A stretch of DNA of 54,475 bases, taken from assembly GCA_003427395.1 (NCBI GenBank), contig BFEA01000026.1:2341876-2396350 (forward strand). Reading direction: 5' to 3'. Shown piece after piece: positions 52,200-54,475 of this stretch. Both the position numbers and the translations under genes were made by a program. The stretch comes from Chara braunii (taxonomy: Eukaryota > Plantae > Charophyceae). Under the pieces are notes generated by a model that was given only the letters and a program-made list of their open reading frames with translations, had not been told where the DNA came from and made no database searches. The first letter of the stretch is position 1. Each line of letters starts with the position of its first letter.

Positions 52200-54080
52200 T
52201 CCCTACTCAAATCTGCAACATCTCTTGCACGTCAAGCTGGGTAACTTGAGCCTGTCTCGTCTCGCCCGGCTTAATATCTGTGCCTGTGACACTTGGACCT
52301 GAGTGATACCTGTCCTTGCATGTGACGTGGCCGACAGTACGACCACTAAACTAGTCGTCCGTTGCCCACCCTCTTCGTCTACAGATTCCAAGTTCAGGAA
52401 CACCTTAGGCTTACCCCTGGCTTGTGGTCAGGTGACACGGTCGCTTATCCAATACACAGACAGGTACCATTCTGCACAAGGACAGCTACTACTGTCCTCT
52501 ACATTTCCCATATACAGTTTAGCAGCTTTAGCCTAAGATTCCTAAGCTCGCAATCAGTATTCCTATGACTAGTTCCTAATCTCTTCACAACTACAGCCTA
52601 AATGATGGGTTAACTCCTTAGTCTCATCCCTACTCACCCAGGACCAGTTGATCCTAATCAACTAATCGAATACCAGCTGTAATTACAAAAGGAAAGTATG
52701 ACAAACAGAGTCTACTAATTACAGCAGTGGACAACCCCATGCATAGCAATCAAGTGGGTGGCCAACTCACAACGTTATTTTATAAATCGCTGGACATCTC
52801 AAGAATTCTTCAAGTTGCAGCAGCACAACAAATTAAATTTTATTTAACGCTGCAAAGGATGGCAGGTCTTCCCCCGAGATGCCTTTTTTTGCACTGGCTG
52901 AAGCTGCACATGCATGTGTGATCTACTCTCACACAATCTGTGCTCCAATTAATCATCAGATCCCCACCCTTCTCCCTCCAGATGTGCTGGAAGCGGGATG
53001 GCAGTCAAGCTTGTATGCCACTCGCACCTCACCATAGAGACGACCCTCGACCAAAATGCTATTCTCACGGTCTAAAGATAATAGACGGGTAGATAGGTAC
53101 TTCCGTGGTTGGCCCAACCCAAAACAATTTACTGGCTGTTGATTGCTGATGTATGCCATATGATGATTGGTCAACGCCGAGGAGCTACAATTTGAATCAC
53201 CAGTTAAGCAGCGCTTGTCAAGTACCACCTCTAGCAAGGGCAATCACCAATGCATACTCGTCGCTCCCATATCCTCCCTTCACTCTTCTGCCCATCAGTT
53301 CCCAACCTAGTGGATGAGTCATCCAGCTGGCAAGAAATCAATAGACTGCAGGTCAATCCTGTTGCAAGCGCCACACCTCATTACGCGCCAGTTTGGATGG
53401 CAACCTTCCAGAAGAACTGCTCTGACACCAAATTGCAACGAACCTGCCCGTGAGAACTCAATTCGTGGCAAACACAAACTCATTGAGCAGCATTCATGAG
53501 AATACCAAACCAGAACAGAATTGACAAGCCGAGGCCACACCAGTGCACAAACACACACGACACTGAGCCCTCTTCTTGCGTCCAACAAATCAACACAACA
53601 ACAAAGTAGTAGTTCACAACTACGATATGACTCCCTATTCTGCAGCCTACGCTAGCCTATCCAACTCATCCAGCATGGTGGTGAGCACTGTCTCACTTCT
53701 GGCAATTGGCGCTTGAAGAGTCTGACCACACTGAAACTATCCCTGCCGACCGCCAGGTAAGTATCCACCAAACTTCCGCACAGCCATCCTTACCACCCAA
53801 GGGCATCCCCTGTTGTATCACCAGCCCTAGTGGAGAGTTGTGGAACCAGCCAAACCTACTGGGCCCAAGGACAGTTATCGGGCCCCTCTCTGAGCCTACC
53901 AGGCCTTATGCCATCAGACCTGTGGCCCAGGGCCTACCACCCTGCACTGCCTCCCAAGCTGTCGAGGGGCCTTGCAGACAAAGGCACTGCAGATGAAATG
54001 GATCAGAAAGGTATCGACCCAGCAAAACTTCAGGGTGTTGTCCGAACAACTCGAGAGATGTCACAGCCTCACAGATAACC
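52200..54080 (-). mobile_element. 5' part (LTR, PBS, leader) of another Ty3/Gypsy element
   Basis: LTR end GGTTCGTTGCA at 53434 followed by PBS TGGTGTCAGAGC (53430-53419), the same pattern as at 12387; outer boundaries uncertain. Confidence 0.6.
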
Positions 54081-54475
54081 TAGCCTCCATCACAATAAGC
54101 ATACCTGATGGTTAGAAAGAACTGTTGCAAAAAGAATTTACACGGAAACCAGGAGAATGAGGTGTTGTAATTCTGGAAACCCACCCTCAGAGAATGTTGT
54201 CTATTCCAGCACAAAAATCCACCAACTTTTTCAAAGATTCTCTGCAACATTTTCCTCTTTCCCTCTTCCTTATGACTTTGAAGACTCACAAAAGATCGAG
54301 AATCTGTAACCCATTTACTATCACAGACTACCCAAGAAAGTTTGGTTATAGACCCCTGTGTAATGACCCGCCAAAAACACAGACTGAGAACACTGCTGAT
54401 TTATGGGATTTGCCGCTGGAATGAATGCCTTGCTGAAATTCCCGCATTCTGCTGTGATTTCCATGTCTGTGTGTG

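Noticed and set aside
54105-54303. Candidate upstream exon (ttacag|...ATCAG|gtatgc), phase-compatible with exon 29360
   Set aside because: Open and in phase, but the peptide has only weak resemblance to CFAP97; needs RNA-seq.

Overview
Eukaryotic, transposon-saturated DNA. The Ty3/Gypsy protein style and a flagellar-type host gene suggest a charophyte alga such as Chara (inference, no search run). Most of the window is nested, decayed chromodomain-bearing Ty3/Gypsy LTR retrotransposons, L1-clade LINEs, a solo LTR, two non-autonomous DNA transposons and a tRNA-derived SINE-like head. Three small phase-compatible minus-strand exons (29360-29261, 18197-18118, 479-395) splice into a CFAP97/KIAA1430-like peptide across ~11 kb and ~17.6 kb TE-filled introns, one of which needs a GC donor. 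The most striking signal is three independent U6 snRNA retrocopies within 33 kb, each with an A-rich tail and its own target-site duplication (TSD). A Gypsy fragment also carries the 5'-truncation-plus-inversion geometry of L1 twin priming. Together these point to an L1 machinery that mobilises U6 and possibly LTR-element RNA in trans.
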